From NCBI GenBank assembly GCA_963843575.1, contig CAWJKZ010000025.1, positions 224,001-288,000 on the forward strand: DNA of 64,000 nt. The letters are read 5' to 3'. This document shows positions 53,103 through 61,841 of this stretch, piece by piece (the first letter of the stretch is position 1; each line of letters starts with the position of its first letter). The notes below the pieces were generated by a model, which was given only the letters and a program-made list of their open reading frames with translations, ran no database searches and was not told the origin of the DNA. The translations under genes were made by a program, and so were the position numbers. This DNA is from an uncultured Acidobacteriota bacterium (GTDB taxonomy: Bacteria > Acidobacteriota > UBA6911).

Positions 53103-53935
53103 TCACTCCTCGCCCTCGGGGGTGCGGCCGTCCGAGGGGGAGTCCGGGGCATTTCGCTTCGGGAGCCACCGGGCGAGCTCTTTTTTCACCGGGGAGAACT
53201 CTTTGCGGGCGGCAAGGTTGGTCCACTCCAGTTCGTCATTCCCGTGGTCGTAGAGTTCCTCGGTGCCGTCGCTGTAACGGATGAAGCGCCAGCGCTCGCT
53301 CCGGGCGGCCGGAAAATCCCGCAGGCCAGGAAGAACGGGCCGGGCTGCGGCCGCACCAGTTCTCCGGCGGCCCAGTTGACCACCTTGTTGTCCCCCATCT
53401 GCGCGTCCGCGACGTCGATCGGCCCCCAGTCAAAATGGGCTTCCACGCCGGGGATGCCGTTCAGCGGCCGGGCGGGAGGGACCGGGTCGGCGGGTCGGGG
53501 CCTGTCCTTCGCGGGGAAGTACTCGTTCCAGCTTTGCGGATCGCGGAAGGCGTCGTGGAAGATCTTGCCGCCGCCCATGACCCGGTAGCCGTGCGCCATG
53601 AAATACTGCGGGAGCGTCACGGCGTCGCGCAGGGCTTCGGCGTGGCGCATCGGCTGCGAGTTGGTGTAGACGCCCGAGCTGGACGGCCTCACGCCCGTGA
53701 GCAGCGCGGCGCGGGAGGCATTGCAGAGCGGCGCCGGGCAGTGCGCGTTCGTGAACAGGACGCCCCGGGCGGCGAGCCGGTCGAGGTTCGGAGTGCGGAC
53801 ATCGGGGTGCCCGCCTAGGCAGCCGACCCAGTCGTTGAGGTCGTCGATGGCGATGAACAGGACGTTCGGGGACGGGCATCGGTCCTGCAGCAGGATCGTG
53901 CCGGCGGCGACCTTCAGGAAGTTTCTACGGTTCAT
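53103..53935 (-). pseudogene. Sulfatase (iduronate/choline sulfatase-like) with a large internal deletion
   Basis: Tat motif, [21 protein letters not shown] joined at about 53304, out of frame, to the C-terminal [20 protein letters not shown]. Confidence 0.85.
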
Positions 53936-54140
53936 CGCGGCCCTCCGGGACAGCTACAACTTGCCACGGAAGGTCGGAGAAATCACCCAATTCCGCAAAA
54001 CCGGGTCTGCGGCACCTGTCGGTCGACAAAACTGCTGGCGTGAACCGTCAAGCCGGGCCTATCATCCGCCAGACGCGACGCTGTCCTCACCCCCGGGGCT
54101 CGGGGACCGGGAAAATCCGGAAGTTTTCGAAAGGAGTGCC

Positions 54141-54992
54141 GTGATCCTCGCCGACATCAACCTGGCCCGGCGCATCGAACGCGCCGAAGCCCGCCTCTCG
54201 ATCTCCATCGGCGAGGGAAACCGCCTGCGCGACCCGGGAACTTCCGCCTTCGTTACCCTGATCGGCGCCGGGGCGGCCGTGTATGCCGGGCCGGGCTCGC
54301 CTGCCAACAAAGTGATAGGGATCGGCCTCGACGAGGAGCCCGAGCGCAGCCTGCTCGAGGAGATCGAGCAAGCCTTCTTCGAGCGGGCCTGCCCCGTGCA
54401 GGCGGAAGTCGCCACCCTCGCCCTTCCCTCGGTGCAGGCACTCCTCACCGCAAGGTGCTACCTGCTGCAGGGGTTTGAAAACGTGCTGGGCCGGACTCTC
54501 ACGGACGCCGACGCGGCACCGGACCGCGCAGGAGGGATCGCCATCGAGCCGGTCTCGCAGGAGGCGCTGGCCCCCTGGATGGACCTCGTCATCACGGCAT
54601 TCGAACACCCGGACCAGACCGGGGCCGGAAGCGGCGTCGCCCCTCCACCCCGGCAAGCGATCGAAAACGCCTTCGTCCAGATGGTTCGAACCGAAGGATT
54701 CCACGCCTATGTCGCGCTCCTCGCGGGAACGCCGGCAGGCGGCGGGAGTCTGCGGATCGACTCGGGGATCGCCCAGCTGTGCGGCGCCGCTACCCTGCCG
54801 GCGCACCGCCGCCGCGGAGTTCAGGGTGCGCTTATGCGCCGCAGGCTCGCGGAGGCCCGCCTCGCCGGCTGCGACCTCGCGGTGATGACGGCGCAGCCCG
54901 GGTCGAGGTCGCACTTCAATGCCCAGCGCCAGGGGTTCTCTCTGCTGTACTCGCGCGCCATCCTGGTGAAGGAGCCCCCGGTGCAGCCCTGA
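54141..54992 (+). CDS. GNAT-family N-acetyltransferase
   Basis: AAGGAG then GTG; AATLPAHRRRGVQGAL acetyl-CoA motif; SHFNAQRQGF. Confidence 0.88.
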   Translation: MILADINLARRIERAEARLSISIGEGNRLRDPGTSAFVTLIGAGAAVYAGPGSPANKVIGIGLDEEPERSLLEEIEQAFFERACPVQAEVATLALPSVQALLTARCYLLQGFENVLGRTLTDADAAPDRAGGIAIEPVSQEALAPWMDLVITAFEHPDQTGAGSGVAPPPRQAIENAFVQMVRTEGFHAYVALLAGTPAGGGSLRIDSGIAQLCGAATLPAHRRRGVQGALMRRRLAEARLAGCDLAVMTAQPGSRSHFNAQRQGFSLLYSRAILVKEPPVQP

Positions 54993-55105
54993 GCTTGTGC
55001 GCAGCTTCACGCGAACCCTCGTGCCGCGGTTCCAGGACGCGCCGCGCAATGAGCCCCGCAACGTTCGTGTCTGTTGCGTGAACTCCGCGGCGGGCGCGGT
55101 GAACC

Positions 55106-55831
55106 CTAGGTCGCCAGCCTCTCCGACAGCGCCGTCAGCAGCGCCGCCCCGTCGCCGCGCCACGCACTCCCGTGCATGCACGCCAACGTCCGGGGCCGCT
55201 CCCCTGCGAGCCTCCCCAGGATGGCCGCGGTGTCCGGCGCGTGGGCGAAGTAATCCATGGGCGCGCGGAACTCCTCGCTCGGCCCGAGGATGTCGGTCTC
55301 GACCAGCGCCTTCTCCCCCGCCCCGCCCTGCGTGAACAGGTCGCCACAGAGGAAGGTGCGGGTGGACGTCTCCATCATGAGGCCGCAGTCCCAGCCGTGT
55401 GGAGTGTGGGGGGTGTCGAACCAGCGCACCTCGAGTCTCCCGAGCGCCAGTACCTCGCCGTCGGCGAGCGCGCGCGGGGGTCGGTCCGCGATGTCGCTGA
55501 TCGACACCATCGCCGCGATGCGGCTGCACAGAGGTTGCGCCTCCGGCGCAGCCGCCAGCCACTCGTTGAGTGACCCGCACTCGTCCGCCTCGAAATGGGA
55601 CAGGGCGACATAGCGCAGCCGCTCCACCGGCAGCACCCGCCCGACCGCCTCCGACACGAGCGGAAACAGCCGCCGCGGACCCGTGTGGAACAGCAGCGGC
55701 GCGTCGTCCGCCAGGAGATACTGGTTGAAGCTGAACGCGGCGCCCCCGGGTATGGCAAGCGGCGTGTTGATCCGGTAGATCCCGTCGGAAATCTCGTGGA
55801 CATTCGTGCCCGACTGGCTGTTTGTGATCAT
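55106..55831 (-). CDS. MBL-fold metallo-hydrolase (flavodiiron N-terminal-like)
   Basis: FNQYL, SHFEADECG, TPHTPHGW, GDLF, CMHG motifs; GGAGGAGG RBS. Confidence 0.88.
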   Translation of the reverse strand: MITNSQSGTNVHEISDGIYRINTPLAIPGGAAFSFNQYLLADDAPLLFHTGPRRLFPLVSEAVGRVLPVERLRYVALSHFEADECGSLNEWLAAAPEAQPLCSRIAAMVSISDIADRPPRALADGEVLALGRLEVRWFDTPHTPHGWDCGLMMETSTRTFLCGDLFTQGGAGEKALVETDILGPSEEFRAPMDYFAHAPDTAAILGRLAGERPRTLACMHGSAWRGDGAALLTALSERLAT

Positions 55832-56042
55832 CGTACCCTCCTCCCCTTGAGCTTGGTGGTCAATTACATTATGTACGATAGCGTTCTTTCGGACGTTGAT
55901 GTACGCAGATCACTGCCTCAACGCAATTATGAAAGCGCATACCGAGACAGTCTAGCCCGGAGTTGCGGCGAGCGCCGCAAACCGGTATTCTTGGCGAAAG
56001 TGAGAGGTAGGCCCCTCGCCAAGGCCTGGTGAGAGATTCAAT

Positions 56043-57044
56043 ATGCCGGAAGTAATTGAGACAAGAATGCGGGACCAGCTGGTCGACCGAAGGAGAAGGC
56101 TCGAGGACGCCATAACCGATTTAGGGGAAGCTCCGGACCTGGTCCGACTCCTTCGGGAGGTGGATTCGGCGCTCGGGCGGCTCGGCAGCGGGAGCTTCGG
56201 TACCTGCCTGGTGTGCCACACCGAGGTAGGGGACGAACTTCTGGCCGCCAACCCTATGACCCAGTATTGCCTGTGCGATCTCACGCGCGACCAGCAGATC
56301 GCCCTCCAGCATGACCTCGACCTCGCGTCCGAGGTTCAGCTGGCGCTCCTGCCCAAACAGGACCTCCACTTTGCGGGATGGGAGGTCCATTTTCGCTACA
56401 TCCCGGCAGGACCGGTCAGTGGGGACTACTGCGACGTGGTGACCGGCGGGGACGACACGCTCTATTTCCTCCTGGGCGACGTTTCCGGCAAAGGGGTCGC
56501 CGCCTCCCTGTTCATGGCCCGCCTCAATGCGCTGTTTCGAAGTCTGCTCGAAACCCGGCCGCCGGTGCCGGAGGTGGTCGACAAGGCGAACCGCCTCCTG
56601 GTGGAAAGCACCATCGCCTCGCACTACGCCACCCTCGTATGCGCCAAGTCGGATGCTTCGGGCCGGATCGAGCTGTGCAACGCAGGCCACTGCAGCCCGC
56701 TCTTGATGAGGGGAAACGAGGTCACCGATGTGGGCAGCCAGGGATTGCCCCTGGGCATGTTCGGCAACGAGCCGTATCAGACCCGCTCGCTGCAGCTGGA
56801 CCCTGGCAACTTACTTTTTCTCTACTCGGACGGGCTTTCGGAGGCGCGCGACGTCCATGACCGGGAGTACGGCACCGACAGGATCGAGCAGATCCTGCTG
56901 GACAACTCGGGCGTATCCGCCAGAAGGCTGGCGGCGGCGGTCCTGTCGGACGTCGGCTCCTTCACCGCAGGGGCTCCCCAACACGACGACGTGACCGTGA
57001 TGGCGGTGCGGCGGACCGTGGCTGCTCCCCGAGTCCCGGAGTGA
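56043..57044 (+). CDS. PP2C/SpoIIE (RsbU-like) phosphatase with N-terminal DksA/TraR-like zinc-finger module
   Basis: GSFGTCLVCH...NP...CLC, then SGDYCD, GDVSGKG, NAGH, YSDGLSEA, HDDVT. Confidence 0.88.
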   Translation: MPEVIETRMRDQLVDRRRRLEDAITDLGEAPDLVRLLREVDSALGRLGSGSFGTCLVCHTEVGDELLAANPMTQYCLCDLTRDQQIALQHDLDLASEVQLALLPKQDLHFAGWEVHFRYIPAGPVSGDYCDVVTGGDDTLYFLLGDVSGKGVAASLFMARLNALFRSLLETRPPVPEVVDKANRLLVESTIASHYATLVCAKSDASGRIELCNAGHCSPLLMRGNEVTDVGSQGLPLGMFGNEPYQTRSLQLDPGNLLFLYSDGLSEARDVHDREYGTDRIEQILLDNSGVSARRLAAAVLSDVGSFTAGAPQHDDVTVMAVRRTVAAPRVPE

Positions 57045-57071
57045 GCGACGGTGTGCGCACGACGTGACGCG

Positions 57072-57527
57072 CTAGGGGGTGTCGCCCCTGGCGGTGGGAT
57101 AGCCTTTGGCAACCCACTCCTGCTGGAAGTTGGTCGGCATGTAGAGGACTCTTGTGTCCTTGAAACCCAGTTTCCGCAGGGTCTCGAACGCGGGACGCAC
57201 GTTGGGGCAGTCGTCCCACGGGCAGCAGCCGCAATAGAGGACTATCGGGGTGGATCGTGGGAGCCTCGTCACCTCGGCCATGAGCTTCTGTATCCCCGCG
57301 GGGCTCCAGCCCGCCCCCACATACTTCGATCCGGGAATGTGGCCGTTGCGGTACAGGACTTGAACGCCGACCTGCAGGACGAGGGGTTTCACTCCGCCCG
57401 GACGAGAGAGGAGCCCCGCCAGTTCCTCGGGCTTTACGGTCTCGCCCGGCTGCCACGAGCCGTTCCGGGCCCCGAACATCGTCGCGCAGCACAGCAGGAT
57501 CGTCACCGCCAACAACACTGATCGCAT
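57072..57527 (-). CDS. Secreted rhodanese-like domain protein
   Basis: Signal peptide; GHIPGS, IVLYCGCCPWDDCPN, W...GYP. Confidence 0.82.
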   Translation of the reverse strand: MRSVLLAVTILLCCATMFGARNGSWQPGETVKPEELAGLLSRPGGVKPLVLQVGVQVLYRNGHIPGSKYVGAGWSPAGIQKLMAEVTRLPRSTPIVLYCGCCPWDDCPNVRPAFETLRKLGFKDTRVLYMPTNFQQEWVAKGYPTARGDTP

Positions 57528-57689
57528 CGACAGCTCCAGTCCTTTCGGTTTCCAAAAGCACAAAATATAGGGGACGGTCGCGCCGCTGGCAACCTGAATG
57601 TCGCAATTATCGACGAAGGATAGTTGGTTCGGGCTGAAGAGGCTGTCCAACGATTGACGTTAAATCCGGACGAATTATAATGTCCGGCT

Positions 57690-58706
57690 GTGAAGCCACG
57701 AGATCGAGTGGTGCACCGCAGGGCATTCCTGGGGCTGGCGGGCGGGTCCCTGGTGACTGCAGCCGTGCGTCCCCAGGCTGCCGGACCGGTGGTGTCGCAG
57801 CCGGCCTTCCGTCTCGCCACGGGTTGCCCGGTTGCCGACCCGTACTGCGCCAGGGCCGCGGACGGCTGGTATCTGACCGGGACCCAGCACGACCGCCGGA
57901 TCGAGGACCGGCGCTTCAGCCTGTTCTTCTCGCGGGATCTCCGGGCGTGGCGGGACCTGGGCCCGGTGCTCGTGCGCCCCGAATATGAGGGGAGCGGGAG
58001 AGCCAACTACTGGGCGCCGGAATTCGTCGAGCACGAGGGGACGTATTACCTTTACTACACGGCCGACTCCTTCGGCGATCCGGAGCGCCGGTTTGTGCGG
58101 GTCGCCTCCTCTGGCCGGCTCACGGGCCCCTACCGGGATTCTGGCGCACAGCTGGTCGAAAAGCCGTCCATCGACGGGCATCCCCACTTCGCCGGCCCCG
58201 GCGAGGGCCGGCTGTTTTATTGCGGCAACGAGGGCAACCCGCACGTTGGACAACTCCTGGTGGACCGGTTCCGCTCGCCCGTCAAGCTCGAGAACAGGCC
58301 GCAAAAGGTTTTCCCGGACGAGACCGTGGAGTGGGAGGAAGGGCCGTTCGTCATCCGGCACCTCGGGGCCTTCTACCTGTTCTCCAGCATGGGGAACTGG
58401 CGGGACGGCACTTATCACGTGCGGGTGGCTCGTTCGAGAAGCGTCGCCGGGCCGTGGGAGCGGCTGACCGAGAAAGGGGCGACATACAAGGTCCTCCAGA
58501 GCATCGAGGGGCAGTGGGGTCCCGGACACAACTCGGTGTTTCGGGGACCGGATGGCGCGTGGTGGATCTGTTACCACGCCTGGGACGCCGGGAAAACCGG
58601 ACGCTATCCCTGGGCCGCCCCCCTCGGCTGGGATTCCCGCGGCTACCCCGCCGCGCAACAAGCACCCGCGCCGGATCGGCGGGCAAGGACATCGCGCACG
58701 CCTTGA
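57690..58706 (+). CDS. GH43-family glycoside hydrolase with Tat signal
   Basis: HRRAFLG; ADP, YWAPE, SIDG, EEGP, GPGHNS, YHAW motifs. Confidence 0.9.
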   Translation: MKPRDRVVHRRAFLGLAGGSLVTAAVRPQAAGPVVSQPAFRLATGCPVADPYCARAADGWYLTGTQHDRRIEDRRFSLFFSRDLRAWRDLGPVLVRPEYEGSGRANYWAPEFVEHEGTYYLYYTADSFGDPERRFVRVASSGRLTGPYRDSGAQLVEKPSIDGHPHFAGPGEGRLFYCGNEGNPHVGQLLVDRFRSPVKLENRPQKVFPDETVEWEEGPFVIRHLGAFYLFSSMGNWRDGTYHVRVARSRSVAGPWERLTEKGATYKVLQSIEGQWGPGHNSVFRGPDGAWWICYHAWDAGKTGRYPWAAPLGWDSRGYPAAQQAPAPDRRARTSRTP

Positions 58707-58738
58707 CAGCGACAAATGGCGGGTGCAGGAGGTCGGAG

Positions 58739-59299
58739 ATGGAGCGAAGGACATTCGTGTCGAGTGGGGTGCTGGCCGCAGGCGCTCTATTGGGACCGCC
58801 GACCCCGACGTCGATGAAACTCGTGATCGGGAGCGACCACGCCGGTTTCCCCGCCAAGGGGCCGGTGATCGAGCTGCTGCGCTCGTGGGGACACACCGTG
58901 CACGACGTCGGGACCTTTTCGACGGCGCCGGTCGATTTTCCCGACATCGCCCGCAAGGTGGCAGCGGAGATCCTGACCGGCCGCGCCGAACGCGGCATCA
59001 TGGTTTGCGGCACCGGCGTCGGCGCTGCAATTGCCGGCAACAAGATCAGGGGCATCCGCGCCGCGCTCTGCCACGACACCTTCTGCGCTCACCAGTGCGT
59101 CGAGCACGACGACGTGAACCTCCTGTGCATGGGCGGCTGGATCATCGGCATCAAACTCGCCGAGGAGATCCTGCGCGCTTTCCTGGGCGCCCGCTTCAGC
59201 ACCGACGAAGAATTCCGCCGACGGGTCCGCAAGCTGGAGGAACTCGAAAACTTCCGGGTGGACACGGTGGGCGCGGGCAGCCCGCCCCCGCCCCGATGA
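58739..59299 (+). CDS. rpiB: Ribose-5-phosphate isomerase B
   Basis: IGSDHAG, VDFPD, CGTGVGAAIAGNK, EHDDVNLLCMG; possible Tat-like leader, alternative start 58814. Confidence 0.9.
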   Translation: MERRTFVSSGVLAAGALLGPPTPTSMKLVIGSDHAGFPAKGPVIELLRSWGHTVHDVGTFSTAPVDFPDIARKVAAEILTGRAERGIMVCGTGVGAAIAGNKIRGIRAALCHDTFCAHQCVEHDDVNLLCMGGWIIGIKLAEEILRAFLGARFSTDEEFRRRVRKLEELENFRVDTVGAGSPPPPR

Positions 59300-59314
59300 G
59301 GGCCGCGGCCCACT

Positions 59315-59395
59315 TCATGTGCGGCGCACCAGCCCGGCGTTATCCCAGACCCCGTCCTTGAACCACGGGACGTCGGCACCCACGAACCATGCGTA
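59315..59395 (-). pseudogene. Diverged duplicate of the 3' end of the neighbouring 59446..60390 gene
   Basis: PWFKDGVWDNAGLVRR versus PRFKDEVRENAELVRR; nucleotide similarity 59320-59368 with 59475-59523. Confidence 0.65.
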
Positions 59396-59445
59396 ATTCT
59401 GCGGGCCGCGCGGGCACCGGAGGCCGTGACGGGCCGCCACTTTGT

Positions 59446-60390
59446 TCATGCTTCGGGCGGCGCCTCCGAGCATATGCGGCGCACCAGCTCGGCGTTTTCG
59501 CGGACCTCGTCCTTGAACCGCGGATACATCCCGACGATGACCGCGTCCCGCGGCTTGATGTTCGTGTAGGCAAAGCGGAACGCGCGCTCGAGCTGCTCGG
59601 GGGACGAGCCGTGCCTCCCGGCCGCGAGAATTTTGAATGCCAGGCACGGCCGGCGGGTCTGGCGGATGGCGCGGCACATGCGCGGCGGATCGCTTTCAAG
59701 GAAAACCTGGCTTCCCAGGGGCAGGTCGCCGAGCATCTTCCTCGTCTCCGCCTCCGGCCGGCCGATCTGGAACATGCACGCCATGTAGAAATCGATATCC
59801 CAGTTCCGCTCCTCGACCCACTCGATCACGCCCGGCAGGTGCGTCGACAGGCCCACTAGGACACCGCTGTCGCGGATGGCCTTGAGATAGTCCCGCACCT
59901 TGTCCATCTTGCCCGCCCGGAAATATTCGTCGGTGACCCCGCCGTGATGGACGATCGCAATCGGCTTGAGCTTGACGACCTCCCGGATCGGCCCCGGATC
60001 ATCCCTCATGGCGCCGCCGGTCAGCAGAATCCACTGCAGCCGCCCGCCGGAGGACCGGTGCAGCTTCAAGCCGGCCATCGAGGTGGGATAGTAGCTGAAT
60101 TGCCACGTGTTGATCCCGTTCTGTTCGCACCGGCTCAGCACCTCGGCAATACGTTCCGGAGTCGACCACTCGCGCATGTGCTGGTCGAGGGAAGGGATCC
60201 CGTAAGAAAAACCGTTAAACGGATTCGAGCCCATGATGAGACGAGTCACCCTGTGCTCCCCCAGCTTTACTTCGGGCAACGCCGCAACCGCCGGCTCTCT
60301 CGCCTCCGTCGCGCCGAGGGTGACGGCCGCCGCGCCACCGGCTAAACCCATCTGGATGAAGGCGCGCCTCGAGGTCTCTTCCTTGCCCAT
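59446..60390 (-). CDS. Tat-exported aldo/keto-reductase-fold hypothetical protein
   Basis: SRRAFI; VTRLIMGSNP, GLSTH, LAFKILAAGR, VIVGMYP motifs. Confidence 0.7.
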   Translation of the reverse strand: MGKEETSRRAFIQMGLAGGAAAVTLGATEAREPAVAALPEVKLGEHRVTRLIMGSNPFNGFSYGIPSLDQHMREWSTPERIAEVLSRCEQNGINTWQFSYYPTSMAGLKLHRSSGGRLQWILLTGGAMRDDPGPIREVVKLKPIAIVHHGGVTDEYFRAGKMDKVRDYLKAIRDSGVLVGLSTHLPGVIEWVEERNWDIDFYMACMFQIGRPEAETRKMLGDLPLGSQVFLESDPPRMCRAIRQTRRPCLAFKILAAGRHGSSPEQLERAFRFAYTNIKPRDAVIVGMYPRFKDEVRENAELVRRICSEAPPEA

Positions 60391-60611
60391 GCATGCCTCC
60401 CGCAACTGTTTGTCTGGAAATCCTGCGTTCATTTCTAGCGCGACCCGGTACGAGCGGGCAAGCGAATTCGGACGCCGGCCCCGCCGTCTTCAGGGTTCTT
60501 TGAGCCTTTAGAGCCTTCGAGGCAAAGCGGCAGAACTCACTTCGGCGGCTCGGAGGGCTCAACGAATCCTGAAATAAGCCCTATCTAATGCGAAATTACT
60601 GATTTATTAGG

Positions 60612-60624
60612 ATGAAAATTTCAT
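60612..60624. promoter_or_regulatory. Palindrome ATGAAA-A-TTTCAT in the AT-rich divergent region; possible operator
   Basis: Perfect 6-bp inverted repeat upstream of the LacI gene. Confidence 0.3.
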
Positions 60625-60627
60625 AAT

Positions 60628-61806
60628 ATGTCTGAAATATTTCTTGACATAAGAAGCTTGCCGGTGGAATGTAGGCGCGTGCCAGCGAGGAAGAAGCCGT
60701 CGAAGCAGAAACCGGCGACCTATCTGGAGGTGGCGCGCCTCGCGAAGGTGAGTGCCGCGACCGTGACACGCATCGCCTCGGGCAGCGCCGGGGTGAGCAA
60801 GGAGGTGCACGCCAGGGTGCGGCGCGCGGCCGCGCAGCTCGGCACGAGCCTGGACAAGAAGAACCGCACGCGGATCATCGCCTTCCTGCTTTCCAACCGT
60901 GACGTGCTTCACCCGTACCAGGCGCACATCCTGCTGGGCGCCGAGGCCTATTGCGCCTCAAACGGCTGGGAGATGCTGTTCCTGTCGTTTCAATACCCCC
61001 TGTTTGGCAGCTACGGGGAGATCCAGCTCCCCCAGATACTGAGCCAGCGGGATCTGCTGCGCGGCATCATCCTGGGTGGCACCAACTCGTCCAGGCTGCT
61101 GGAAACGCTGCAAAAACGCGGCATCCCGTTTGCGGTGCTGGGCAACAACGTGATCGGGAACTGGCAGCCGGCCGACTGCGACGTGGTCTCGTCCGATGAC
61201 GTCACCGGCGCATACGACGTGACCTGCGACCTGATCTCACAGGGGCATCGCGCCATCTGGTTCATCGGGGACCTTAAGCTCCCCTGGTACGCCCACTGCG
61301 CCGAGGGCTACAGGCGCGCGATGGCCGGCGCGGGGCTCGAGCCTCTCATCAAGGAAATCCACACGGGCGACCGCGAGCTCGGTTACCTGGCTGCGAGGTC
61401 CATCCTCGCCCGGGCGGTCACGGCCGTCTTTGCCGGCAACGATCAGGTCGCCGTGGGCGTCTACCGGGCCTTTGGCGAGGCAGGGGTCCGGATCCCGACC
61501 GACATCAGCGTCGTCGGCTTTAACGACACCGAAGGCCAAAACCTTTACCCCCCCCTGACAACCACGCGCGAGTTTCCGGAGGAGATCGGGAAACATCTCG
61601 CGGAACTCGTGCTCGAACGGATCTCCATGCCGGAAATTCCGGCGCGGCAGCTTCTGTTGCCTACCCAACTCATCCGGCGCGAGTCGTGTTCGGTACCTTC
61701 CCCCTCGCGCGCCGATCACTCTGTAAGACCAGGAGACGACAGTCCGGTACCCGATACGGCAGTCGGGAACGCGGACGCTGGATATAAACGCTTTGGCTCG
61801 GATTAG
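60628..61806 (+). CDS. LacI-family transcriptional regulator
   Basis: TYLEVARLAKVSAATVTR HTH; AVFAGND..A.G, IPTDISVVGFND, PPLTT; start may be GTG 60679. Confidence 0.9.
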   Translation: MSEIFLDIRSLPVECRRVPARKKPSKQKPATYLEVARLAKVSAATVTRIASGSAGVSKEVHARVRRAAAQLGTSLDKKNRTRIIAFLLSNRDVLHPYQAHILLGAEAYCASNGWEMLFLSFQYPLFGSYGEIQLPQILSQRDLLRGIILGGTNSSRLLETLQKRGIPFAVLGNNVIGNWQPADCDVVSSDDVTGAYDVTCDLISQGHRAIWFIGDLKLPWYAHCAEGYRRAMAGAGLEPLIKEIHTGDRELGYLAARSILARAVTAVFAGNDQVAVGVYRAFGEAGVRIPTDISVVGFNDTEGQNLYPPLTTTREFPEEIGKHLAELVLERISMPEIPARQLLLPTQLIRRESCSVPSPSRADHSVRPGDDSPVPDTAVGNADAGYKRFGSD

Positions 61807-61841
61807 AAGGGATATTCCGACACTTCCGTAAGGGAAAACTT

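Noticed and set aside
59315-59545. Near-tandem diverged repeat of a gene 3' end, suggestive of a DGR template/variable repeat pair
   Set aside because: Mismatches are not confined to adenines on either strand, there are indels, and no reverse transcriptase is present; better explained as a paralogue or duplication remnant.
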